Assembly: GCA_951406725.2 (NCBI GenBank) | Contig: OX597822.1 | Location: 97,588,001 to 97,652,000 of the forward strand | Source of the DNA: Octopus vulgaris | Taxonomy: Eukaryota | DNA: 64,000 nt | Direction: 5' to 3' | In this document: in pieces, positions 53,125 to 64,000 of the stretch | Numbering within the stretch: position 1 is the stretch's first letter | Layout of the letters: the number at the start of each line of letters is the position of its first letter | The notes under the pieces: generated by a model | What the model saw: the letters and a program-made list of their open reading frames with translations, nothing else | Database searches by the model: none | Told to the model about the DNA's origin: nothing | Position numbers and translations under genes: made by a program

Positions 53125-53470
53125 CTTATAAAATCTCAGTTAGGGGCCATAAATTTTTGTTTATAATATCTCAAACAGGGGCCATAAAACCCTATCTATA
53201 ATATCTGAATTAGGGGCCATAAATTTTTGTTTATAACAGCTCAATTAAGAGCTATAATGTCCCATTTATAATATCTTATTTAAGGGTCATTAACTTCTGT
53301 TTATAATATATCAATTAGGGACCGTGAATTTGTTTATAATATCTCAAGTAGGGATCATATAGGGATCATAAAATACCATTTATGACATATCAACTAGGAG
53401 CTATAAAATCTTGTTAATAATACCTCAGTGAGGTGTCATAAAGCCCTGTTTATAATATCTCCTCTAGGAC
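53125..53470. repeat. Degenerate ~31-bp minisatellite (tttataatatctcaattaggggccataaa)
   Basis: The ataatatct...ggg..ataaa motif recurs about every 31 bp. Confidence 0.8.
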
Positions 53471-54126
53471 CATTGAGAATTTCTAGAACTGTTAGAGTTA
53501 TGTTTAAGACTAATCCTAATGTTTGAGTGTAAAGGACTGGCAATTATGATCTATGTTCTAAGACAAGATTTGGACATTCCAACAATGGCATTTCCTAAAT
53601 AACTGCAAAGTAAGCAATGTATTCTTAGGATATGTAAATGTAGGCTTTGGTATAACTCTTCGATTTTTGCAAGAGGCAACTGAAAACAGGGTGCATACAT
53701 GTTACACATACTCTATTTCCAACTGTGTCTCATATATGCACCCCACTTTAATTATATGTACCCTTCTTCAAGAATATGGTTTTGACTTGAAATTACATGA
53801 TGGCAAAATCATTAATGCACAAGACAAAACGTTTAGTGGCATTGCTTCCAACTCTTTAAGTTTTGAGTTCAAATGTGGCTGAAGTCAACTTTGCCTTTCA
53901 ATCTTTTGTGGAGATCAATGAAATCAACGTAACTGGCTAGTCCATTCCCCCAAATTTCAGGCTTTGTACCTACAGTAGAAAAGACTATATTTTATTATAT
54001 TCATTTATTATATTATATCATATTACATTACATTATATTATATCACATCACATCACATCACATCACACCACACCACACCACACTACATCGCATCACATCA
54101 CATCACATCATATTATATATATATAT

Positions 54127-54165
<39 letters not shown>

Positions 54166-54179
54166 CACACACATATTTA

Positions 54180-54610
54180 AGTAGTTGAATGAATTATCTT
54201 AGTATGGATAATTCGGTTAACCGATACCTGGGTAGCAAATTCACATCAGAAAAACACAGTTGAAGCTACATGCCAAGGGCAGACATCACGTGCTTTCGTG
54301 TGGAAATTTGTGTGTTTTTTAATACAAATAAATGAAAGAATGGAGTTGAACGACGATTTAACAAAATTCTTTTATTCTCGACATATGTTTCGAAAGCTGC
54401 ATATTCCTAATTTCGAAGGAATAAGGGGTGCATTATGCCGCCTTCTCATCAGGAAAAACAAGGAACTTATGTCAGCATGAGAAGGCGGCATGATGCACCC
54501 CTTATTCCTTTGAAATTAGGAATATGCAGCCTTCGAAACATATGTCGAGAATAAAGGAATTTTGTTAAATCATCGTTCAACTCCATTCTTTCATTTATTT
54601 GTATTAAAAA
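54180..54610 (-). mobile_element. Penelope-like pseudo-LTR with inverted partial copy (arms ~54315-54449 and 54477-54610) and tail
   Basis: The arms are reverse complements; the family matches 2345-2730. Confidence 0.8.
54375..54457 (-). ncRNA. Type I hammerhead ribozyme, intact core, branched helix II
   Basis: Minus strand: ttttc-CTGATGA-gaaggc...gctttc-GAAA-catatg-TC-gagaa; GUC cleavage triplet. Confidence 0.75.
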
Positions 54611-54986
54611 AATATACACACACATATATATATATATATTTATATGTTCAAAGTCTGTTGGAAAGAACAAAATGTTCACCATGTAATTCTTTAATACCTT
54701 ATATTTCCCTGATGATATTTTACTCATAACTTATAAATGCAAATTTATTGCATAAATTTGTAGTTTATTTATTAAGTATAAATCAAAACAATTGTAGGAA
54801 TGATTATCAATATGTTTAGCTAATTTTTCATCAGTGAATGTCCAAAAGAGTATTATAATTTTGCACCTTTAATGTTGATATTGTTCACTTTTGGTGGTGC
54901 CAATAGTGAAAAACCACAAGGAATAGCTAACGAAATATATGTGTGTATGTATGTGTGTGTGTGTGTGTATATTTTTTTCAACTTAC

Positions 54987-55170
54987 TGGTGAGCTTGGTA
55001 TGTGCGGTGGTGTCTATCTGTGCCCACCTCTACTGTACCAGTGAGTGGAGGGGAATTGTCCATGATAACGCCATTAGAGGCACTGCGGCTACACAGGAAA
55101 GCTTTGTTACACGCTTCAACTGTGACGTAATATTTTATTCCTGGAGTAAAGGCTCTCTTCCAGATGTGAC
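54987..55170 (-). CDS. Giant FN3-like repeat protein, exon 4 in window (not in ORF track)
   Basis: CAG acceptor, GTAAGT donor, phase 1 to 2; PGIKYYVTVEACNKAFLCS...SNGVIMDNSPPLTGTVEVG. Confidence 0.93.
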
Positions 55171-55197
55171 CTGAAATACAGAGAACAATATCAATAA

Positions 55198-55416
55198 CAT
55201 CATCACCATCCTCCTCCTCCTCCTCCTCATCATCATCATCACCATCCTCCTCCTCATCCTCATCATCCTCATCCTCATCCTCATCATCATCATCATCACC
55301 ATCACCATCATCCTCATCATCCTCCTGCTCCTCCTCCTGCTCCTCCTGCTCCTCCTCCTCCTCCTCATCATCATCCTCCTCGTCGTCCTCCTCCTCCTCC
55401 TCATCATCATCATCAT
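55198..55416. repeat. Mixed (CTC/CAT)n trinucleotide tract
   Basis: Directly visible. Confidence 0.95.
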
Positions 55417-55722
55417 TGTTATCATCTAATCAAATCCCTACCACCATTGCCACTGCTGCCGCCACCACTTTCGTCACCACCGCCACCGCAATCATTATCA
55501 TCACAATTTTATTTCAAGATCCACTCTTCCATGCTTGTATGAGTAACAAGGAGATTGTTATGTCAGATTTTCTTTGGTCAAATGCCCTTTACATTATCAA
55601 CCCTCACCTGTTTCCAAGAAAGGTAAATAGTTCCCCACAGTCAGTTAGGGCTTTTATGGAAGATTGCAAATGCACAACACTGCTTGTATGACAGTGATAC
55701 TCGTTTACAATGCAACGTCAAG

Positions 55723-55754
<32 letters not shown>

Positions 55755-55806
55755 ACACATACAGAGTCAGCTTTTCATAAATGTTTCCGTTGAAACTCAG
55801 ACATAC

Positions 55807-55963
55807 CAGTTTCTTGTCCCATATTTGTCATTCTAATGACATCATCTTGTAGTGGGGCAGTACCCACACCAGCACGGTAAAATAATATTCCAGTATGTGG
55901 GTCAGAAAAGCCAAACCATTGAGCTTCCAGTTTAGATATGTCTCGTTGATATTCAGCATCGCT
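55807..55963 (-). CDS. Giant FN3-like repeat protein, exon 3 in window (not in ORF track)
   Basis: TAG acceptor, GTATG donor, phase 0 to 1; SDAEYQRDISKLEAQWFGFSDPHTGILFYRAGVGTAPLQDDV. Confidence 0.93.
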
Positions 55964-56401
55964 CTACAAGAAATGCAATAATAAAATTATATATGTAAAA
56001 TTACATTGCGGGACAAGGGAGAATAAAATTGAGAATGGTTTATAACAACAGCAACAACAACAATAATCCTTCCTTCTATAGGCACAAGCTTTGAAACCTC
56101 GGGGGGAGGGGATAAATTGATTAATTTGATTCCAGTACCCATCTGATACTTATTTTATTGACCCCTGTACTCAAATAGTATTTATTTTATTGACCCTGAA
56201 AGAATGAAAGGCAAAGTTGGCTGTGGTGGAATTTGAACTCAGAATGTAAGATGGATGAAATGCCGATAAGCACTTTGCCCAGCATGCTAATGATTCTGCC
56301 AGCTCGCTGTATTAAAACAATTTGCATTGGCCAAGAAAATTGCATTTTAAGATGGTAACCTGGTAGAATTGCTTATAATAATAATAATAATAATAATAAT
56401 A

Positions 56402-57027
56402 AATCATATTATCTCCAGCTGCCCAGTCCTGGCTAAGAAGGAATATATTCACAGACATGACAGTGTTGGAACCTACATACATTGGAAGCTATGCCAACAT
56501 TATGGAATAACAACAGAAAAAAGATGGTATAGGTACACACCAGAAAAGGTCACAGAAAACGAGAAAGCAACCATACTCTGGGATATGCCGATACACACAG
56601 ATAGAGAAATTAAGGCCAACAGACCAAATATAGTTGTCAGAGATCATGAAGAAAAAAATGCTTTCTCATTGATGTATCAATACCGGCAGATGACGTGTCT
56701 CTAAAAGAAATGGAGAAACTCTCAAAATACAAAGACCTGGAAATAGAGGTAACCAGAATGTGGAATCTAAAAACAGAAACAATTCCTATCATAGTAGGTG
56801 CATTAGGCATGATAAAAAATATTCAGACAAATACATAACAAAAACACCAGGACTTACAAACACATATAACATACAGAAAATTGCACTACTAGGCACTGCA
56901 CACATCCTACGCAGAACACTTTCCATACAATAACCATCAGAACATCACAACAAATCACAGCACATACCCAAGGCACACAGAGCTGTGCTTGGTAGTGAAG
57001 TGAAAGCACACTATAAAAATAAAACTA

Positions 57028-57030
<3 letters not shown>
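56402..57030 (+). mobile_element. R4/Dong-like LINE 3' fragment (CCHC plus restriction-like endonuclease) in (TAA)n
   Basis: HIISSC..LA..EY..RHD.V, ILWD.PI.TD..I.ANRP.IVV, KE.EK.SKY.DL; (TAA)n on both sides, matching the known Dong target preference. Confidence 0.85.
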
Positions 57031-57105
<75 letters not shown>

Positions 57106-57116
57106 CATACTAATAA

Positions 57117-57148
<32 letters not shown>

Positions 57149-57814
57149 AAGGACAGTTAGCAGAATTTGTAGAGTGGAATTTCTTCCAGATTTTTATGTT
57201 CTGATTTCAAATCCCGTCAAGGTCAGCCTTGCCTTTTTATCCTTTCAGGATGAATAAAATAAAGTTGCTAGCATGTACTGGAATTGATGTAATCAACTAA
57301 ACCCCTGTCCTTACATTTCTGTCTTCTTGGAATTATATATATCATTAAAGGTGGTACAGCTTGGTTTATCTCTGTCTCACTTATTTAGTTTTTGGTGCTT
57401 CAGGTCATCGAATGGAGACAATGTCAATTGCCCAGTTTGGTGCTTCATTTTATTGTTCCTTTTTATGTCTTTTAGAGGTTGATTTCTTTCGAGTAAGTTA
57501 AATGATAATATTTTATAGAGAACTTGGATATTATTTGCTGAATAGAACAGAGAAATAACTGAGGTATTTGTTTTATCAACACTGGAGGGGGAAAAAGAGG
57601 CAAAATAAATCGTTATGGAAAGCAAATTAAAACAAAATTCTTTGTAATTACCAGAAAATACATCTAGTCCATTGTTTTGATCTTTTTTGTTAGTGAAGCT
57701 ACCTTTGTTTTTCATACACAATCTCTTACATATGGAAAGCAAAGTAATGGTGAAGGAGAGAGAGAGAGGATGTTTTTTCTGTAAATTCAACGAATTTAGA
57801 TTAATTTCAGCCAA

Positions 57815-58320
57815 TTCCAGTCAATCTCAGTGAACTTCAGTCAATCCTAGTCTATTCTAGTCACTTTCAACCACTCCTGGTCAATTTTAGTCATTTCTAG
57901 TCATTTACAACCAATTGCAGTCAAATCTAGTCTATCCCAATTAATTTTAATCCATGTCAGTCAAATCTAGTCCATCCCAGTTAAACCAGTGCATCCCAGT
58001 TGTTCTAGTCAATTCTAGTCCATCCTAGTCAAATCAAGGCCATCCCAGTCAAAACCAGTTTAACCCGTTTGTTCCTGTTAATTCTAGTCCATCCAGTATT
58101 TCTAATCTTTTCTTGCTAATCACAATCAATTCCAGTACACCACAGTACACCCTAGTCGATTTCAGTCCATTCTTGTTAATATTAGTCCATACCAGTCAAT
58201 TTATGTTCATTCCAGTCAATTCTAGTTCACTTCGGTCTATTCTAGTCAATTCCAGTTCACCCCAGTCAACTCTAGTCCATCCCAATCAATTCTGGTCAAC
58301 ACCAGTTAGTTCTAGTTGAC
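57815..58320. repeat. Degenerate ~10-bp tandem repeat (ccagtcaatt/ctagtccatc)
   Basis: AGTC recurs about every 10 bp. Confidence 0.8.
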
Positions 58321-58354
58321 CCCTAAATTTCTATCAGAATGTAATTATATTCAC

Positions 58355-58462
58355 CTTTGCATCAGATGAAACTTCCATCACAATTCCTTCAATTGGTGGA
58401 GAAGAATCAGTTATAAATGGCTCAGAAACTGCTGTATTTTCCAATCCGGCACCATTAATTAC
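58355..58462 (-). CDS. Giant FN3-like repeat protein, exon 2 in window (not in ORF track)
   Basis: TAG acceptor, GTGA donor, 108 nt, phase 0 to 0; VINGAGLENTAVSEPFITDSSPPIEGIVMEVSSDAK. Confidence 0.93.
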
Positions 58463-58528
58463 CTAATGAAATAAAGAAACAATGTTGACTTATTAGATTA
58501 TAACAATTCATCAGACAAACTTTATTAC

Positions 58529-58609
<81 letters not shown>

Positions 58610-58679
58610 AGTCTCTTTGATCATTAAACTTGCTAGAAACAGCAACTAGATCTCTCTTGAATCACAGACTATAGTTAAG

Positions 58680-58965
58680 GAAGCACTCCGTCGGTTATGA
58701 CGATGAGGGTTCTGGTTGATCCGATCAACGGAACAGCCTGCTTGTGAAATTAACGTGTAAGTGGCTGAGCACTCCACAGACACGTGTACCCTTAACGCAG
58801 TTCTCGGGGATATTCAGCGTGACACAGAAAGTGACAAGGCCGGCCCTTTGAAATACAGGTACAACAGAAACAGGAAGTAAGAGTGAGAGAAAGTTGTGGT
58901 GAAAGAGTACAGCAGGGATCACCACCATCCCCTGCCGGAGACTCGTGGAGTTTTAAGTGTTTATC
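58680..58965 (-). mobile_element. SINE-like family D
   Basis: Reverse complement of 51285-51585. Confidence 0.8.
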
Positions 58966-59192
58966 ACAGACTATATAACAAGGGAAGAAGTGTTGGCTTG
59001 TGTGAACCTGAAAAAAACTGTGCCCCCACCTTTCTAAGTATGGTGACAGCTTGTCTGCTTTTCTTTTACCCCTGATTCTCTGCTGAATCAAGGCCAAACA
59101 AGAAAAACAGTGAGACAGAGCTTGTTTTTAGCCATGAAATACATCATGCTACTGTTGTAATACTTGCTGCATATCTGTTACAATAGTAATAA

Positions 59193-59417
59193 TGAGCTGG
59201 CAGAAGCGTTAGCATGCCGGGCGAAATGCGTAGCTGTATTTCGTCTGTCGTTACGCTGTGAGTTCAAATTCCGCCGAGGTCGACTTTGCCTTTCATCCTT
59301 TCGGGGTCGATAAATTAAGTACCAATTACGCACTGGGGTCGATGGAATCGACTTAATACCTATGTCTGCCCTTGTTTGTCCCATCTATGTTTAGCCCCTT
59401 GTGGGTAATAAAGAAAT
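59193..59417 (+). mobile_element. SINE family A
   Basis: Matches 30218-30433. Confidence 0.9.
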
Positions 59418-59450
59418 ATGTCATGTTTATGTTACATTAGTAATGTATAT

Positions 59451-59867
59451 AGGCGCAGGAGTGGATGTGTGGTAAGTAGCTTGCTAACCAACCACATGGT
59501 TCCGGGTTCAGTCCCACTGCGTGGCATCTTGGGCAAGTGCCTTCTGCTATAGCCCTGGGCCGACCAATGCCTTGTGAGTGGATTTGGTAGACGGAAACTG
59601 AAAGAAGCCTGTCGTATATATGTATATATATATATGTGTGTGTGTGTTTGTGTGTCTGTGTTTGTCCCCCTAGCATTGCTTGACAACCGATGCTGGTGTG
59701 TTTACGTCCCCGTCACTTAGCGGTTCAGCAAAAGAGACCGATAGAATAAGTACTGGGCTTACAAAGAATAAGTCCCGGGGTCGATTTGCTCGACTAAAAG
59801 GCGGTGCTCCAGCATGGCCGCAGTCAAATGACTGAAACAAGTAAAAGAGTAAAAAAGAGTAAAGAGT
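59451..59867 (+). mobile_element. SINE family B, full length
   Basis: tRNA-like head, CCTTGGGCAAGT-type block and (AAAGAGT)n tail. Confidence 0.9.
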
Positions 59868-60590
59868 ATCTGTTAAGACTGTAATATTTGCTACATGTGC
59901 ATTACAATAGTAATATTTGCTACATGTGCGTTACAATAGTGATAAGTGCTATATCATCTTTATCTTAATGGTCCACTTTCTCATGCTTGCATGAGTCAGA
60001 CAAAGTTTGCTGAAACAGATTTTCTATGATCAGATTCCGTTCCTGTCATCAAGAAAAGTAATATTTCCTCCATGGTCAGACATGTTTTCATGAATGATTG
60101 GAAATGAATGACACAGCTTATATGAAAATGACACATGTTTACAACTAGCAAGCAATGTCAAGACATGGAGGCACAAACATACACACACACATATATACAT
60201 GTATACATACATGTACAAACATACAAACACACATGCAGGTACACACTCAACAATACATACATACATACATGTGTGTGTGTGTGCGTTTGTGTAATTGTCA
60301 CTAGATATAACTAGGGTGTTTCTAACACCATAATCATATTTAACGACAATTATAGTTTTCATTTTTGGTGAAACATTGCAAACTGCTGTCTATATGAATT
60401 TTCTCTCTCTCTCTAGATATATATATTGGAATTATTGTTATTATAACTATATTTATCCTACATTATATTGGTACAGCTAGATGGAACCCCCAAAAACTGG
60501 TTCACCAGTCAGTGTCATTAGACTGTGGCCAGCATGATGGAATAGGAGCTTTATTTGCTTATTCAAAATATTCCCCATAAACAAATTTAA

Positions 60591-60809
60591 CCCTTTTGTT
60601 ACCAACCCGGCTGAAACTGGTTCTGGCTCTGTAGTACAAATGTCTTGTTTTCATAAGTTTTGAATTAAAATCTTCCACCAAACAGTCACAATTGATGTTC
60701 CTAACACTAGCTGAATGATAACTAAGTTGTTTTACTAAATTCTTTGTTATATTTAAAATTAATTGAAAGAAACACAGAGCATCTCAAAATAAATACCGTA
60801 ATGAAAGGG
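60591..60809. mobile_element. piggyBac-like MITE
   Basis: TTAA|CCCTTT...AAAGGG|TTAA; reverse orientation of 12834-13053. Confidence 0.85.
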
Positions 60810-60823
60810 TTAACAAATTTAAA

Positions 60824-60860
<37 letters not shown>

Positions 60861-60869
<9 letters not shown>

Positions 60870-61085
60870 GAAAATGGAGGAATAAATTTCTTTCAATCAT
60901 CAACTTCCAGATAATACCAATTCATATAATTTATTAACTAATTATTTAGATTAAATAGGAACATCCAAATCCAACGATTTGGATGTTCCTATTTAATCTA
61001 AATAATTAGTTAATAAATTATATGAATTGGTATTATCTGGAAGTTGATGATTGAAAGAAATCTATTCCTCCATTTTCTTATTTTG
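60861..61085. repeat. Near-perfect palindrome, ~110-bp arms, 4-nt loop
   Basis: 60861-60971 versus 60976-61085; between (TA)n tracts, with a unique tail to ~61255. Confidence 0.92.
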
Positions 61086-61252
61086 TATTATGAGTTTGAG
61101 GTAAAATATTTTACCTTCGACCATATAATACAATAAATGAATTAATTGCATTGCAATTCTTAGCATTTATGTATTAGCCTTCTGGGTACTTTACTGGCAG
61201 TATATTGGATATATGATATCCCATAGTGGGTTACACTCATAACCCCTATCTC

Positions 61253-61302
<50 letters not shown>

Positions 61303-61562
61303 AGGCTTCTTTCAGTTTCTGTCTAACCAATGTACTCACAAGGCTTTGATTGGTTTGGTGCTATATTAGAAAGCACTTGCCATGTAGTGGGAATGAATTA
61401 GCTATCTTTACACTTGCATATACGTGTATGTGTGTGAGTGCATCTCTTTTCTTGTTTTGACATCACTATCAAACAAGTGGTGCCATTTCTTTGAAATCTC
61501 CTGTGAAAAAAATGTCCAGGCTACGCTAGGAAACAGGTGAGGACTGGCAACAGGAAGTGCAT

Positions 61563-62030
61563 TTATAATAATAATAATAATGAAATTAATTGTATACAGT
61601 GCTCAGGTGCACCACAACTTGTCAGAAAGTGCATATAAAGTACATGCAGTAATGTAGAAATGTCTGGAAAGCGAACAATGTATGAGTCAGATACATGCTT
61701 GTGTGTGTATGGAGGGAGAAAATCAAGTGTAGTGTTGGCGAATCTCAGGAAGCATGGAAGTTTTGAAGGATGCAGTGCTCCGACAACTAACAACTGATGC
61801 CGGCAGTTTGTTCCATGCTTCAGCAACCCTCAGCGTGAAAAAATGTTTCCTGAAGTCATGGGAGCTGTGCTGTTTTCTTACTTTGTAAATATGTCCACGG
61901 GTGTTAGATGGGTGGAGTTTGAAAAGGTGCTCAGAGTTATTGTTTGTACGATGGTTGATAATTGTATGGGTGACTGCCAAGTCAGCTGCCAGACGTCGGA
62001 GTTTCAATGTGTCCATGCCCAGGGAAATAA
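61563..62030 (-). mobile_element. CR1-like LINE 3' fragment
   Basis: LKLRRLAADL...NTRGH.YKV...RKHFFTLRV.EAWNKLP, with a (TTA)n tail. Confidence 0.85.
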
Positions 62031-62369
62031 GGCGTTTGGTCAAAGAAAATCTACCACAAAAAATCTAGTCTGTCTATGCAAACATGTATTTGTAGACATT
62101 AAAAAAAAATGATGATGATGATGAAGTTACCAACTAATGAGGGTATCACAAAGAAGTTACACAACCTGCCAAGTAATATTGTAATATTGTAACAGATTTC
62201 AATATTACACACAGAAGTTACAAGCCAATCACAGAGGCCCTATGAAGATGCACAACCTGCTAAATAATATTGTAACATACATTTCTATGTTACACATAGA
62301 AATTACTAACTAATGAAAGAGCCAATTGAAGTTATGCAAGCAGGTGGGTAATAGTGTAATACACATTCT

Positions 62370-62700
62370 CTTGAAAAACGCCGCTGCCGTGGTGATCTCA
62401 TTCTCGCCCACAACATCATAAGCGGAAAGTGTAACCTCTCGAAAGAGCTCTATCTGCGACGATTTCATCTCAATCAAAGGAGAGGGGCTTTCTCCGTCCG
62501 GGTTGCGGATCCATGGAATAAGCTGCCGGACGAGATAGTGAAGATGCCGACGACTGCTCGGTTCAAAGTCTCTCTTGACCAGAAATGGCCTGAACTCTTT
62601 GCATGAACGCCCTCCCTGTACATAACTCCATGTCCCCCTACATGGCCTTGCTTTTTGCTTTTTGAGCCAAAAAATTAACTTAACTTAATTTAACTTAACA
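62370..62700 (+). mobile_element. Second CR1-like LINE 3' fragment
   Basis: LEKRRCRGDLILA, RGAFSVRV..PWNKLPDEIV...FKVSLD..W, with a (TTAAC)n tail. Confidence 0.75.
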
Positions 62701-63289
62701 TTGTTATGTTACAAGCCAAAGTTGATTTTAACCCAGTTTCACAGAACAGAATGCACATGACCTAGCTGTTATGGTGTTGCACTCATGATAAGAAGGTTGT
62801 GGTTTCAATTCCTGAACTGGGTCATGTGTGTGTTCTTTTAGCAAAACACTTTCTTTTATGCCGCTCTGTGATCACTTCAACATGTGACATTTGGCACACT
62901 GTGCGCCAGTTCAGGCAATTTTGATTTGATGGAGAGAGTGACCAAATGCACAGCACAAACATTTGATCTCGACAAACAAAATATTTGTGCAGGTTGTTCG
63001 GCATGAAGAGGCAGAACCTTCATCTGTTACATATGACAGAAGAGTGTAGCACATAGAAAAGATGATTTGTAAGAGGCACCCAGTACACTCTGTGGAGTGG
63101 TTGGCATTAGGAAGGGCATCCAGCCATTGAAACTAAGCCAAACAAACTGGAGCCTGGTGCAGCTCTTTGGAAAAATCTAATGCTGAATAATGATGATGAT
63201 GATGACAATGATAATAGTGATGATGATGATAATGGTGATGATGATGATGATGGTGATGATGATAATGGTGATGATTATATTTCTTTCAC

Positions 63290-63740
63290 TTTCTTTTGCA
63301 TATTTCTGTCATTTAACTGTGGCCATGCTGGAACACCAACTTAAAGGGTTTTAGTCAAAGGAATTGATCCCAGAACTTATTCTTTGTAAGCCTAGTACAT
63401 ATTCTATCAGTCTCTTTTGCCAAACCACTAGGTTGTGGGGACATAAACACACCATCATTGGTTGTTAAGCAATGGTGGGGATAGGGTGGGGGACAAACGA
63501 AGATATACACACATAAATACACATACATACACACACGCACACACTCACACACACACACACACACATATATGTATATATATGACAGGCTTCTTTCAATTTC
63601 CATCTACCAAATCCACTCATAAGACTTTGGTTGGCCCAAGGCTATAGAAAAAGACACTTGCCCAAAGTGTCATGCAATGGGACTGAACCCAGAACCATGT
63701 GGTTGAAAAGAAAGCTTCTCACCACCCAGCCACACCTGCA
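63290..63740 (-). mobile_element. SINE family B, diverged
   Basis: Similar to 48481-48890. Confidence 0.8.
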
Positions 63741-63788
63741 CCCAAAGAAGATTATTTAATAAAAGAAAAGCTCACACAACAGACTTAC

Positions 63789-64000
63789 CTTTAAAGTTGC
63801 ATAATATTCTCGACCATCTTTTAGAACACTCTTATCACCAATCTCTGAAAATTCTTTAAACTGTTCATAGAAAGCCATTACGTTATCTTGAAGTGGAAGA
63901 GTGCCAATACCCAGCATTTTGGAAATGATTCCACTTTCTTGGTCTGTGAAACCATTCCAGTAAATGGTTAGTTCATTGGTATCAATATAATGAAAGTGAC
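63789..64000 (-). CDS. Giant FN3-like repeat protein, exon 1 in window (5'-truncated by window edge)
   Basis: HFHYIDTNELTIYWNGFTDQESGIISKMLGIGTLP...DGREYYATLK|GTAAGT, phase 0. Confidence 0.93.

Noticed and set aside
55135-55425. Met/Arg-rich ORF
   Set aside because: It is a frame of a triplet repeat, out of frame with exon 4.
57377-57814. 145-aa minus-strand ORF in the intron between exons 2 and 3, ending at a GTGAG donor-like site
   Set aside because: It has no recognisable motif, and exons 2 and 3 join seamlessly (SSDAK|SDAEYQ); treated as chance without RNA evidence.
59451-59520. tRNA genes at SINE heads
   Set aside because: A/B-box-like motifs only; I cannot fold a cloverleaf, and each continues into a SINE body.

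Overview
AT-rich, intron- and repeat-dense animal DNA. The SINE families, (TA)n tracts and retroelement mix point to an octopus/cephalopod genome (my recognition, no database check). Two convergent host genes were found. (1) A + strand terminal coding exon at 9112-9282 encodes a coiled-coil, Rab11-FIP-RBD-like C-terminus. (2) Ten minus-strand GT-AG exons (64000 to 28626) join in phase into 1432 aa of an uncharacterised giant protein built from about 12 FN3-like 'DxTPP...WxGFxDxESGI...GT...YYxTVxAxNxAGL' modules; its 5' part lies outside the window. Positions 1-2300 hold the 5' half of a Helitron with an uninterrupted 386-codon RepHel N-terminus (nine 23-aa STPR-like repeats plus a C4 finger), which the ORF track missed. 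The non-coding DNA carries many Penelope-like element remnants. These are inverted-repeat palindromes seated in (TA)n, with at least five recognisable type I hammerhead ribozyme motifs, several having unusually enlarged helix II. Also present are non-autonomous Helitrons, piggyBac-like MITEs, RTE/CR1/R4-Dong LINE fragments, a Tc1/mariner fragment, four SINE-like families and micro/minisatellites.
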